Virus record (IMG/VR): IMGVR_UViG_3300008954_000046 | Coordinates: 2,192 to 66,191 of that record | Direction: 5' to 3' (one strand) | Length of the DNA: 64,000 bases | DNA from: a virus | Lineage: Duplodnaviria > Caudoviricetes | In this document: positions 39,923-47,922 of the stretch, in pieces | Layout of the letters: each line of letters starts with the position of its first letter | Position numbering within the stretch: the first letter of the stretch is position 1 | Translations under genes and position numbers: made by a program | Notes under the pieces: generated by a model | What the model was told of the DNA's origin: nothing | Database searches by the model: none | Seen by the model: only the letters and a program-made list of their open reading frames with translations

Positions 39923-41101
39923 ATGGAATATAAAAATATAGCACCAGGCGATAAAACAGTACAAAGTGAAATTATACCTTTTGGAACCCTAAACCCCAAC
40001 TTCAATGGATATAATTCGTTAACTGGAACCAATTTACGATTTACAGTAGCACAAAGAAATCCTAATAATGGGAGAGTGTTTTCTAACCTTTACCCAGCAT
40101 TTAGTTTACCTACAGCAAATTTTGAAGTCACAGGATGGGATATAGATTGGGGGTCTAATTCATTAAGTGAGATTGATAGTGCGGGGGAAGTACTAGTGGT
40201 AGAATTTCCAAAAAATACATATGGGGAATTAATTGATGGAAGAACTATTAAATTAGACATAAATGTAAACAGTGGGAGTACACCCAACAATTTCTTTGTT
40301 AATTGTTACAGTTCATACTTTGCAGGATTTAACGCATCGAGTGACCCAAGTGCAGAAGCAGAAGTGTTTGGACACACTTCAGCTTTTAATTATGTTCCAC
40401 CAGTAAGTAATCCAGGGGTAGGAGATTTGAGTACGAATGTTGCATTTTTATTTAGTGACCAAATTAAACCACCTGTTGCAGGAGGAAGTTGGTCGGACGG
40501 ATATACACTTACACAAATTCCTAAAGGATATACAGATGGAGTAGAGACCGCTTACAATTTTGATAATGGTAAAGTAATTGGTACTTCTACTGATGGTGGT
40601 AGTGGAATGGACACTCCAGTGGGTGTTTGTTATTTAGATAAAGGGTTCTGTGTAGTAACACACCCAACCCTTGTAAATAATTGGAATTTCTCTGCATCTA
40701 CTAAAATAGGAACAGGAATAGCATATACAGGGACAAGTTCTGGAGCCACTCAAGTATTTTTCAATGGAGGAAATACCCAAGCAACCTTCTTTAGTTTTGA
40801 AAAACAATGGGTATTAAATGTGTTATGTAGAGCAGAATCTAATGAATTTTATTTAACTCAAAATACAACCGCAGCCGATTTAAATCCTACAGTCGTAACA
40901 GGACCAGTACTTTTACCTAATACTAATGAACTAGGAGCGGGAACCTTTTATGATTTAGATAGTGTGCAAAAACCAGCATATATTACAGAAGTCGCCTTAT
41001 ATGACCAAAATGGAACGATGTTAGCAATTGCAAAACCAGATAGACCAGTTAAGAAATTATCTAATGAACCAGCATATTTTAATTTAAAATTTAGATTTTA
41101 A
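39923..41101 (+). CDS. tail protein with fibre-anchor-like C-terminus
   Basis: C-terminal YITEVALYDQNGTMLAIAKPDRPVKK is paralogous to the end of 32036..34525. Confidence 0.68.
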   Translation: MEYKNIAPGDKTVQSEIIPFGTLNPNFNGYNSLTGTNLRFTVAQRNPNNGRVFSNLYPAFSLPTANFEVTGWDIDWGSNSLSEIDSAGEVLVVEFPKNTYGELIDGRTIKLDINVNSGSTPNNFFVNCYSSYFAGFNASSDPSAEAEVFGHTSAFNYVPPVSNPGVGDLSTNVAFLFSDQIKPPVAGGSWSDGYTLTQIPKGYTDGVETAYNFDNGKVIGTSTDGGSGMDTPVGVCYLDKGFCVVTHPTLVNNWNFSASTKIGTGIAYTGTSSGATQVFFNGGNTQATFFSFEKQWVLNVLCRAESNEFYLTQNTTAADLNPTVVTGPVLLPNTNELGAGTFYDLDSVQKPAYITEVALYDQNGTMLAIAKPDRPVKKLSNEPAYFNLKFRF

Positions 41102-41102
41102 T

Positions 41103-41696
41103 ATGGAATTCACTAAACTACCAAAAGTATTAGGGTTAGACATTTCTACTAAAACAATAGGATGGGCATTATTTGATATGAGTAGTAAACAATTATTAGA
41201 GTTAACCCATTTTACTCCTAACATTAAACCTAAACCAGCAGACAAAATAGAGGAAAATCTTAAAAAAGCTAATGCGTTTGAGAAGAAATTAGAAGAAGTA
41301 AAAGATTTAGGGATTGTAGAAGTTATAATAGAAGAACCTTTACTGACTTCTAATAATCTATATACCGTAGGTACCTTATTAAGATATAACTCCATGATAG
41401 TTAAGGTAGTATATGATGTATTAGGGTTGATACCTAAATTTGTTTCCACTTATAATGCTAGAAAATTTGCCTTTCCTAAACTAGTGAGAGAAAATATAAA
41501 AGGTAAAAAAGTTCTTTTTGGAGGGTATCCAAAAGGATGTAATAAAAAACAAATAGTGTGGGAGCACGTAAGAGAATCTGAACCACAGATTAAATGGTTC
41601 TATACTCGTAATAATACTCTTAAAAAAGAATGTTTTGATATGGCAGATGCATACACGTGTGTAATAGGACACATGAAGAAAGAAGGTATCTGGTAA
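41103..41696 (+). CDS. RuvC-like Holliday junction resolvase
   Basis: VLGLDISTKTIGWA, VIIEEP, DMADAY acidic catalytic residues. Confidence 0.82.
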   Translation: MEFTKLPKVLGLDISTKTIGWALFDMSSKQLLELTHFTPNIKPKPADKIEENLKKANAFEKKLEEVKDLGIVEVIIEEPLLTSNNLYTVGTLLRYNSMIVKVVYDVLGLIPKFVSTYNARKFAFPKLVRENIKGKKVLFGGYPKGCNKKQIVWEHVRESEPQIKWFYTRNNTLKKECFDMADAYTCVIGHMKKEGIW

Positions 41697-41700
41697 AAAG

Positions 41701-41729
41701 TTGACTAACATTCAAATGTTGTGTAAATT
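41701..41729 (+). promoter_or_regulatory. sigma70-like promoter TTGACT-N17-TAAATT, probably leaderless
   Basis: Canonical 17-nt spacer; the primase ATG lies 6 nt after the -10 box. Confidence 0.65.
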
Positions 41730-41735
41730 TCTAAC

Positions 41736-42668
41736 ATGACAGATTTCGATTTAATAGTTGATACATTGGGAGATATCTTCGGACAATGGAAGAATCATAA
41801 TTCCCATTCAGGACAAATTTCTTTTGATTGCCCTACATGTTCTTATGACATAAAAGGACTTGAGGACGGGGACGGAAAAGGAAATTTAGAAATCAATTAT
41901 AAAAAACATATATATAAGTGTTGGGCTTGTTCCGACACACACAATACTAAAGGACGACTCAGTTATCTGATAAGGAAATGGGGGTCAAAACAACAATTTA
42001 AAATATTTAATCTCACTAACCCTCGTAATAGAGATGGATTAAATGGTGAGGAAGAGGTTTATGAGGATATAAAAATACCTGAAGGATACAATCTCGTATC
42101 GGAAGGAAATGTGCTTTCCCCCCAGTATAAAGAAGCTTATAATTATCTTATTAAACGAGGAATCACTAAAGATATAATGGTGAAATATAAGTTAGGGTAC
42201 ACCACTGAAGGACCGTATAGTCACCGAATAATAGTACCTTCTTATGATAAAGAAGAGGAATTGAATTACTTTGTTGCAAGAAGTTATGTAAGGACTAAAT
42301 TAAAATATAAAAATCCCAAAGTTCAGAAGGAGAATATAATTTTTAATGAACATAAAATTAAATGGAATGAGGACATCTATCTCGTTGAGGGGGTTTTTGA
42401 TATGTTCTTCTTACCTAACGCTATACCTTTATTGGGTAAAAATATTTCGGACTACATGTGGTCTAGTTTATATAAAAAAGCCCAAAAAAATATTATTATA
42501 TGTTTAGATGGTGATGCATGGGAATCCGCTAGAATATTGTATAAAAAGTTAAATGGGGGGAGACTCCATTCACGAGTAAGATTATTGAAACTCCCTAAAG
42601 ATAAAGATATTGGGGATTTAAAAGGAAATATAGAATCCTTAGAATTAATAGAATTAGAAAAAGATTAA
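41736..42668 (+). CDS. DNA primase (Zn finger + TOPRIM)
   Basis: CPTC...YKCWAC zinc finger, YLIKRGI, RIIVP, FVARS, KYKNP, LVEGVFD, CLDGDA, KDIGD. Confidence 0.92.
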   Translation: MTDFDLIVDTLGDIFGQWKNHNSHSGQISFDCPTCSYDIKGLEDGDGKGNLEINYKKHIYKCWACSDTHNTKGRLSYLIRKWGSKQQFKIFNLTNPRNRDGLNGEEEVYEDIKIPEGYNLVSEGNVLSPQYKEAYNYLIKRGITKDIMVKYKLGYTTEGPYSHRIIVPSYDKEEELNYFVARSYVRTKLKYKNPKVQKENIIFNEHKIKWNEDIYLVEGVFDMFFLPNAIPLLGKNISDYMWSSLYKKAQKNIIICLDGDAWESARILYKKLNGGRLHSRVRLLKLPKDKDIGDLKGNIESLELIELEKD

Positions 42669-42669
42669 A

Positions 42670-43440
42670 ATGGATATAAGTGTAGAATTAAGTGTGTTTA
42701 ATAATATTAAATATTATGATGAACCACATGAATATTATATAGATGGACGGAAGATGACTTCTGCCACTCGATTAATAGGTAAATTTAAACAAGAATTTGA
42801 CTCGGATTATTGGTCAAAAAAGAAAGCAGATGAACGAAACATAACGCAAGAGGAAATATTAGCGGAATGGAAATATAAGTCTGACTATTCCTGTGAGAAA
42901 GGAACTCTTTTTCATGAATATGCAGAGAATTATTTGAATAATAAAGTATTCCCCTACCCAGAAGATAAGGTAAGAAAGGTATTGGGTAATAATGATATAA
43001 AAAAGGATTTCGATAAAGTTGTAGAATTATTTCATAACTTTTATGAAGAATCTTATGGTAAATTAATACCTATAAAATCGGAGGTTATCGTTGGAGATGA
43101 AGAATTAGGGATATGTGGAATGGTAGACCAATTATTTTGGAATAATAAATCCGAAGAATTACAAATTTGGGATTGGAAAACTAATAAAAAAATTGGAAGG
43201 AATAATAGATGGCAACAGTTCAAAGAACCTATTTCTCATTTAGATGTTTGTGAATTTAACACATATTCCTTACAATTATCTTTATATCGTTACCTTATAG
43301 AGAAGAATACTAACCTAGAGTTAGGAGATTCTTACATTGTTTGGTTTAATGAAAAGAATGATAAGTATGAACCCATCAAGTGCAGAGATTATAGGGAAGA
43401 AATACAATTATTAATAAAAGAATTTAAAAAAGATGATTAA
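42670..43440 (+). CDS. PD-(D/E)XK exonuclease (RecB/Cas4-like fold)
   Basis: HEYYIDG..MTSAT, GTLFHEYAE, SEVIV...ICGMVDQL...IWDWKT, YSLQLSLY. Confidence 0.85.
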   Translation: MDISVELSVFNNIKYYDEPHEYYIDGRKMTSATRLIGKFKQEFDSDYWSKKKADERNITQEEILAEWKYKSDYSCEKGTLFHEYAENYLNNKVFPYPEDKVRKVLGNNDIKKDFDKVVELFHNFYEESYGKLIPIKSEVIVGDEELGICGMVDQLFWNNKSEELQIWDWKTNKKIGRNNRWQQFKEPISHLDVCEFNTYSLQLSLYRYLIEKNTNLELGDSYIVWFNEKNDKYEPIKCRDYREEIQLLIKEFKKDD

Positions 43441-44215
43441 AAAGATAATCCATTTTTCTGATTTACATTTACGTCTCTTCAAAGAACATGAGAGATATAG
43501 AGCAACATTAGAAGAGTGCTTGGAAAAGTGGAAAAAAGAAAAACCCGATAGGATTGTTTTTACGGGAGACCTAGTACACTCCAAGAATCAGATGTCACCA
43601 GAACTTATAAATATGGTTAGTTGGATTCTTAAATCATGTGCTGATATTAGTAAAACAGTTATTCTTATAGGTAATCATGATTTTGTAGAAAATAACCAAG
43701 ATAGATTAGATGCTTTATCCCCGATAATTGAAAATCTTAATAATGAAAACATAGTCTATTATAAAGAAACTGGTGCTTATCTTGATGATAATGTAGTGTG
43801 GTGTGTCTATTCTTTAGTAGACCACAATAAGAGACCAACCTTTAATAAAGAGGAAGGATTGTCCTATATAGGATTATTTCATGGAACCATTGAAGGGTCC
43901 ACTACAGACTTAGGATTCTTTTTTGAGTCAGGATATAGTTTAGACCGATTTGATGGGTTAGACGTAGTCCTAGCGGGCGATATACATAAAAGACAGGTAT
44001 ACGACATTGAAGGTGGGAATAAAGCTTATATGGTGGGTTCCCTCCTACAACAAAATTTTGGAGAAACAATAACAAATCATGGTTATGGGGTTTACGAAGT
44101 TGATAAAAATACCTATAATTTTATAGATGTTAAAAGTACTTCACCTTACCTTAATTTTAAAATAAAAGATATAACAGATATTGAAAATGGAAAAGAAAAA
44201 CTCACTAACCTTTAA
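43433..44215 (+). CDS. Mre11/SbcD/T4 gp47-like metallophosphoesterase
   Basis: FSDLH, TGDLVH, GNHD, LFHG, GDIHKRQ, GSLLQQNFGE. Confidence 0.9.
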   Translation: MIKKIIHFSDLHLRLFKEHERYRATLEECLEKWKKEKPDRIVFTGDLVHSKNQMSPELINMVSWILKSCADISKTVILIGNHDFVENNQDRLDALSPIIENLNNENIVYYKETGAYLDDNVVWCVYSLVDHNKRPTFNKEEGLSYIGLFHGTIEGSTTDLGFFFESGYSLDRFDGLDVVLAGDIHKRQVYDIEGGNKAYMVGSLLQQNFGETITNHGYGVYEVDKNTYNFIDVKSTSPYLNFKIKDITDIENGKEKLTNL

Positions 44216-44789
44216 AATACCATCTACTCTTGATAAAGAGATAGAAATGTTTTGTGAATTAAACGAAATAGAGGATAAAGATGAACTTATCTTAGGGTGT
44301 ATTAAAGGTGGATTTGCGATAGAAAAATTCGGAAGAACACCTGTTAAAGGAGGTAAAGAAATAATAGAAAAAGAGATTGAAGTAGAGGTAGAAAAAGAAG
44401 TGATTAAAGAAATAGAAAAGATTGTAGAAGTACCAGTAGAAAAAATAATAGAAGTGCCTGTAGAAAAAATAGTTGAAGTAGAAAAAGTAATTACAGATAA
44501 TAGTAAGATTCAAGAGTATGTAGAAAAAGTTAATAAACTCACTATAGGTAACAATGAACTTTTAAAGAAGTTAGAAAATATAAATCACGAGAATAGAGAA
44601 ATGAAAGTACAAATGCATAATAAGAACGTGATGAATGATGCAGCAAGAAATTTGGAAAAGGAGAATAAAGAATTAAAAGAAAAAATAAACGAATATGAGG
44701 ATGTTCTTAACCACTTTAGAAGATTCAGTGGGTCAAAAACTACTCATTTAAAATCATCAAGATTAGATGATGAATTATATACAGATTAA
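44187..44789 (+). CDS. coiled-coil protein with EKI[VI]EVPV repeats
   Basis: ATG at 44187 preferred over TTG at 44181; EKIVEVPVEKIIEVPVEKIVEVEKV followed by a coiled coil. Confidence 0.7.
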   Translation: MEKKNSLTFKIPSTLDKEIEMFCELNEIEDKDELILGCIKGGFAIEKFGRTPVKGGKEIIEKEIEVEVEKEVIKEIEKIVEVPVEKIIEVPVEKIVEVEKVITDNSKIQEYVEKVNKLTIGNNELLKKLENINHENREMKVQMHNKNVMNDAARNLEKENKELKEKINEYEDVLNHFRRFSGSKTTHLKSSRLDDELYTD

Positions 44790-44792
44790 AAG

Positions 44793-45107
44793 ATGGAATT
44801 AATTATTTGGATTTTAGCAGCTTATGGAATGTCCCAAATCTTAGTATTTGGTAGTATATTCGACACACCAAGAAATTGGATAACAAAATACTCAAAGTTC
44901 TTGGGTGATTTACTGGGATGCATGATGTGCACCTCCACCTGGGTAGGATTCTTTTATTCCTTAACATTTTACTCCCCAACCGCATCTATGATAATAGTTC
45001 CATATACTAACGTATTTTTTGATGGTATGTTAGCAAGTGGTGGTGTATGGGCAATAAACGCAATAATTGAATGGTTCGAAGAGAATAAACCAGATAAAAA
45101 GGATTAA
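44793..45107 (+). CDS. small membrane protein with CxxC, DUF1360-like
   Basis: Three hydrophobic segments; IFDTPRNW...LGDLLGCMMCTSTWVG. Confidence 0.65.
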   Translation: MELIIWILAAYGMSQILVFGSIFDTPRNWITKYSKFLGDLLGCMMCTSTWVGFFYSLTFYSPTASMIIVPYTNVFFDGMLASGGVWAINAIIEWFEENKPDKKD

Positions 45108-45109
45108 CT

Positions 45110-47452
45110 ATGGATTATGAAAATCCTTTTATAAAGGTTACCTGGGAGGACACCCCTGAAAATTTTACAACAGAAAGACTTAAGAGGGTTAAGAGTTATT
45201 TCAAGAAGAAATACGGCACTCCTAGAGTCAATGTTATAACTAAGGTAGTGGAGACAGACAACTCTAAAGGAAGTTTAGATGTGGGAGATAAGATTCTAGA
45301 CCCCGCATATCAAGATACACTCGTGAAAGACTTTTTAGAAGACCAAGAAGTAACTATAGATTGGGATAAGTTAAAAAGATTAGATAATAAGGTAGAGGAA
45401 CACCTTTTAGAAAATGCAGGTATAGAGATTTCTAATAGAAAGTGGGACATTAAATGGATTGAATTTAGTAATTTTTTATCTTTTGGTGAAGACAACATAA
45501 TTAATTTTACAAATTTAGGGGGTATAACCGCCATAGATTCTAACCCATCCAATTTCGGAGGTAAAACAACCGTTAGTGTGGACCTTCTACTTTTCTTATT
45601 TTTTAATACTACAACCAAATCCACAAAAGCGATTGAGGTATTTAATAGATTTACCGATAAAAATAGGGTGTTAGTGAGAGGGGAGGTAGAGATTGATGGT
45701 GACAACTATATTATTGAGAGAGGTATTGTTAGAAAATTAACTAAGAAAGGAGAATGGTCAGTAAAAACCGAATTAAATTTTAGTAAAAAACTATCTAACA
45801 ATACATTACAAAATTTGCAGGGAGAACAAAGACGAGAAACAGAAGAAATTATAAAGAATTCGATAGGTAGTGTAGATGATTTTCTACTTACTATATTAGC
45901 TACAGGAAATAACCTAGAAGAGTTAATAGAATCCAAACCCACTCAAAGAGGACAAATTCTTACAAGATTCATAGGATTAGAAAGATTAAAAGAGAAAGAG
46001 GTTATTTGTAAAGAAATGTATAGTAATTGGTCAAAAAAATTAATATCCAATATCTACAATATTGTGGATTTAGAAACCGATAATGAAACTCTTACTGAAG
46101 AAATTAAAAATAATACATTACGTATAGAAGAGGTAGAAGTTCTTTTAATTAGTAAGGAAAAAGAAATAAAAGTCGAAGAAGGAGTAAGAGATGAAGTAGC
46201 GGCAAGTAAATATACGACTATAGATACTACTTTACTTACTTTGGACCCTAAAGAGTTAAAAAGAGAAATGGGAGTACTAGAAGAACAAGTACTAAAAAAT
46301 AAGAAAGAATTAGAAACTATTGTTCCCGAATCCCCTAAAAAAGAATATGATGAGAATGCACATAATACCTTAAAAGAAAGTTTGAATGAAAAAACTATTA
46401 ATTTAAAAGTTTTAGAAAAAAATATAATAGATGATAAAAAATTTATAGAAGAACTTAAAAAGAGTGAAATATGTCCTACCTGTAAACGACCTCTAGATGA
46501 TGTAAACCACCAAGACGAAATAAAAAATAAATTAACGATAATAACAAGTAGTGAGAATAGTGTAAAAGAAGGTAAAAAAGAAATAGATAATTTGCAAACT
46601 CAAGTAAATATCCATAAAGAAACTATGGATGGATGGAGAGAATTCGAAAGAAGTAAATTGAAGAAAACCAAATACGAACTCCAACTACAAGATGTTGAAA
46701 TAAAACTTAGGCACAAGAAAGAAAAGTTAGAGTTGTGGACCAGTAACGAAAAAAGATTAAAAGAAAATAGAGAGATAGAACAGAAAATGGTGACTTTGAG
46801 AACTAAGATAGATAGTTTATATGCTGAAAGAGACAATCTAAAGAATGAAGTTACTAATTTAAAAGCAGTTAACCTTACTCATACTAATAAGATAAAAGAA
46901 AACAATAATAATATTAGTAAAATTAAAGCAGAAGAAGAGATTGATAAAATTTTTAAATCTTATCTGATTGCTTATGGTAAGAATGGGATATCAAAGATTG
47001 TGTTAAGAAATACTATTCCCTACATCAATGGCGAACTTAATAGGTTATTATCAGAAAGTGCTCTCTTTAGTATGGAATTAAAATTAAATGACAGAAATGA
47101 ATTAGAATTCTGGATGAAGGATAATGATACTAATGTAGAAAAATTATTATCTTCGGGAAGTGGATATGAGAGAACCATCGCATCTTTAGCTTTACGTGCT
47201 GTATTAGCTAAAGTATGTTCTTTACCTAAACCTAATATTGTATGTTTTGATGAGGTATTTGGAAAAGTAAGTGATGAGAATTTAGAACTAATAGGAAACT
47301 TTTTTATAAAAATAAAAGACTATTTTGATAAGATACTGGTGATAACACATAATTCTTTAGTTAAAGAATGGTGTGACAATAATATTACTATTAAAAAGGT
47401 TAATAATGTTTCTAGTATTAGTGGAACAGAAACATCTAAGTACGGTGGTTAA
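45110..47452 (+). CDS. Rad50/SbcC/T4 gp46-like ATPase
   Basis: NFLSFG, Walker A NFGGKTT, coiled coils, zinc hook CPTC, signature-like GSGYE, Walker B FDEVFG, ITH. Confidence 0.92.
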   Translation: MDYENPFIKVTWEDTPENFTTERLKRVKSYFKKKYGTPRVNVITKVVETDNSKGSLDVGDKILDPAYQDTLVKDFLEDQEVTIDWDKLKRLDNKVEEHLLENAGIEISNRKWDIKWIEFSNFLSFGEDNIINFTNLGGITAIDSNPSNFGGKTTVSVDLLLFLFFNTTTKSTKAIEVFNRFTDKNRVLVRGEVEIDGDNYIIERGIVRKLTKKGEWSVKTELNFSKKLSNNTLQNLQGEQRRETEEIIKNSIGSVDDFLLTILATGNNLEELIESKPTQRGQILTRFIGLERLKEKEVICKEMYSNWSKKLISNIYNIVDLETDNETLTEEIKNNTLRIEEVEVLLISKEKEIKVEEGVRDEVAASKYTTIDTTLLTLDPKELKREMGVLEEQVLKNKKELETIVPESPKKEYDENAHNTLKESLNEKTINLKVLEKNIIDDKKFIEELKKSEICPTCKRPLDDVNHQDEIKNKLTIITSSENSVKEGKKEIDNLQTQVNIHKETMDGWREFERSKLKKTKYELQLQDVEIKLRHKKEKLELWTSNEKRLKENREIEQKMVTLRTKIDSLYAERDNLKNEVTNLKAVNLTHTNKIKENNNNISKIKAEEEIDKIFKSYLIAYGKNGISKIVLRNTIPYINGELNRLLSESALFSMELKLNDRNELEFWMKDNDTNVEKLLSSGSGYERTIASLALRAVLAKVCSLPKPNIVCFDEVFGKVSDENLELIGNFFIKIKDYFDKILVITHNSLVKEWCDNNITIKKVNNVSSISGTETSKYGG

Positions 47453-47922
47453 TTCCAGATTACGTTAACTGTTTTATCTTCTAAATCTATCTCTAACTCT
47501 ACTGGAAAAATAGGAGTACGAAAATCTTCGGACGTATTATCTACATAATACCACTTATCAGGGTCATCACTACTAAATCCACCCATATCATCAACAGCTA
47601 ACTCTATTTCTTTTTCGACTTCTACTTTAGTGTAGTCCTCATCATAAATTTCAACCCACCCATTTATTAGTACACTAGTGGTATAAAAACTCACATCTTT
47701 AATCCCCCAACTTCTTGCTTCTAATTCAAATCTCCAATTTACCGAACAATTAAGATATGAAATATCCATGTCATGACCTTTATATTCGGGAAAATAACTT
47801 TCGAGACCCGTAAACGTTACATCAGTCACATCTGTTGTGAATGCATTTGGGTCATCAGAAAACTGCTCTCTCATAAGAGTTTCTTCTCTTAATATTTGTT
47901 GAAGAGATTTACGGACTGACAT
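47449..47922 (-). CDS. acidic hypothetical protein (putative head-packaged)
   Basis: 157 aa; N-terminal LQQILREETLMREQ leader; stop overlaps the Rad50-like stop in TTAA. Confidence 0.65.
   Translation of the reverse strand: MSVRKSLQQILREETLMREQFSDDPNAFTTDVTDVTFTGLESYFPEYKGHDMDISYLNCSVNWRFELEARSWGIKDVSFYTTSVLINGWVEIYDEDYTKVEVEKEIELAVDDMGGFSSDDPDKWYYVDNTSEDFRTPIFPVELEIDLEDKTVNVIWN

Noticed and set aside
13705-41101. Diversity-generating retroelement or invertible tail-fibre cassette
   Set aside because: No reverse transcriptase or recombinase in the window and no near-identical DNA repeat pair noticed; the paralogy is only at diverged protein level. A partner outside the window cannot be excluded.
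5123-41101. Bacterial contractile injection system (eCIS/T6SS/tailocin) in a chromosome
   Set aside because: The flanks are phage-type replication and recombination genes with phage-like density and no cellular housekeeping operons.
41103-41696. Cas9/IscB/TnpB-like nuclease (LGLDI...GWA start)
   Set aside because: Only 197 aa, a compact RuvC fold with no HNH, bridge helix or zinc finger, and no adjacent array or non-coding RNA space.
42670-43440. Cas4 / CRISPR locus
   Set aside because: No Fe-S Cys cluster, no cas neighbours, and no repeat-spacer array in the window; intergenic gaps are too short.
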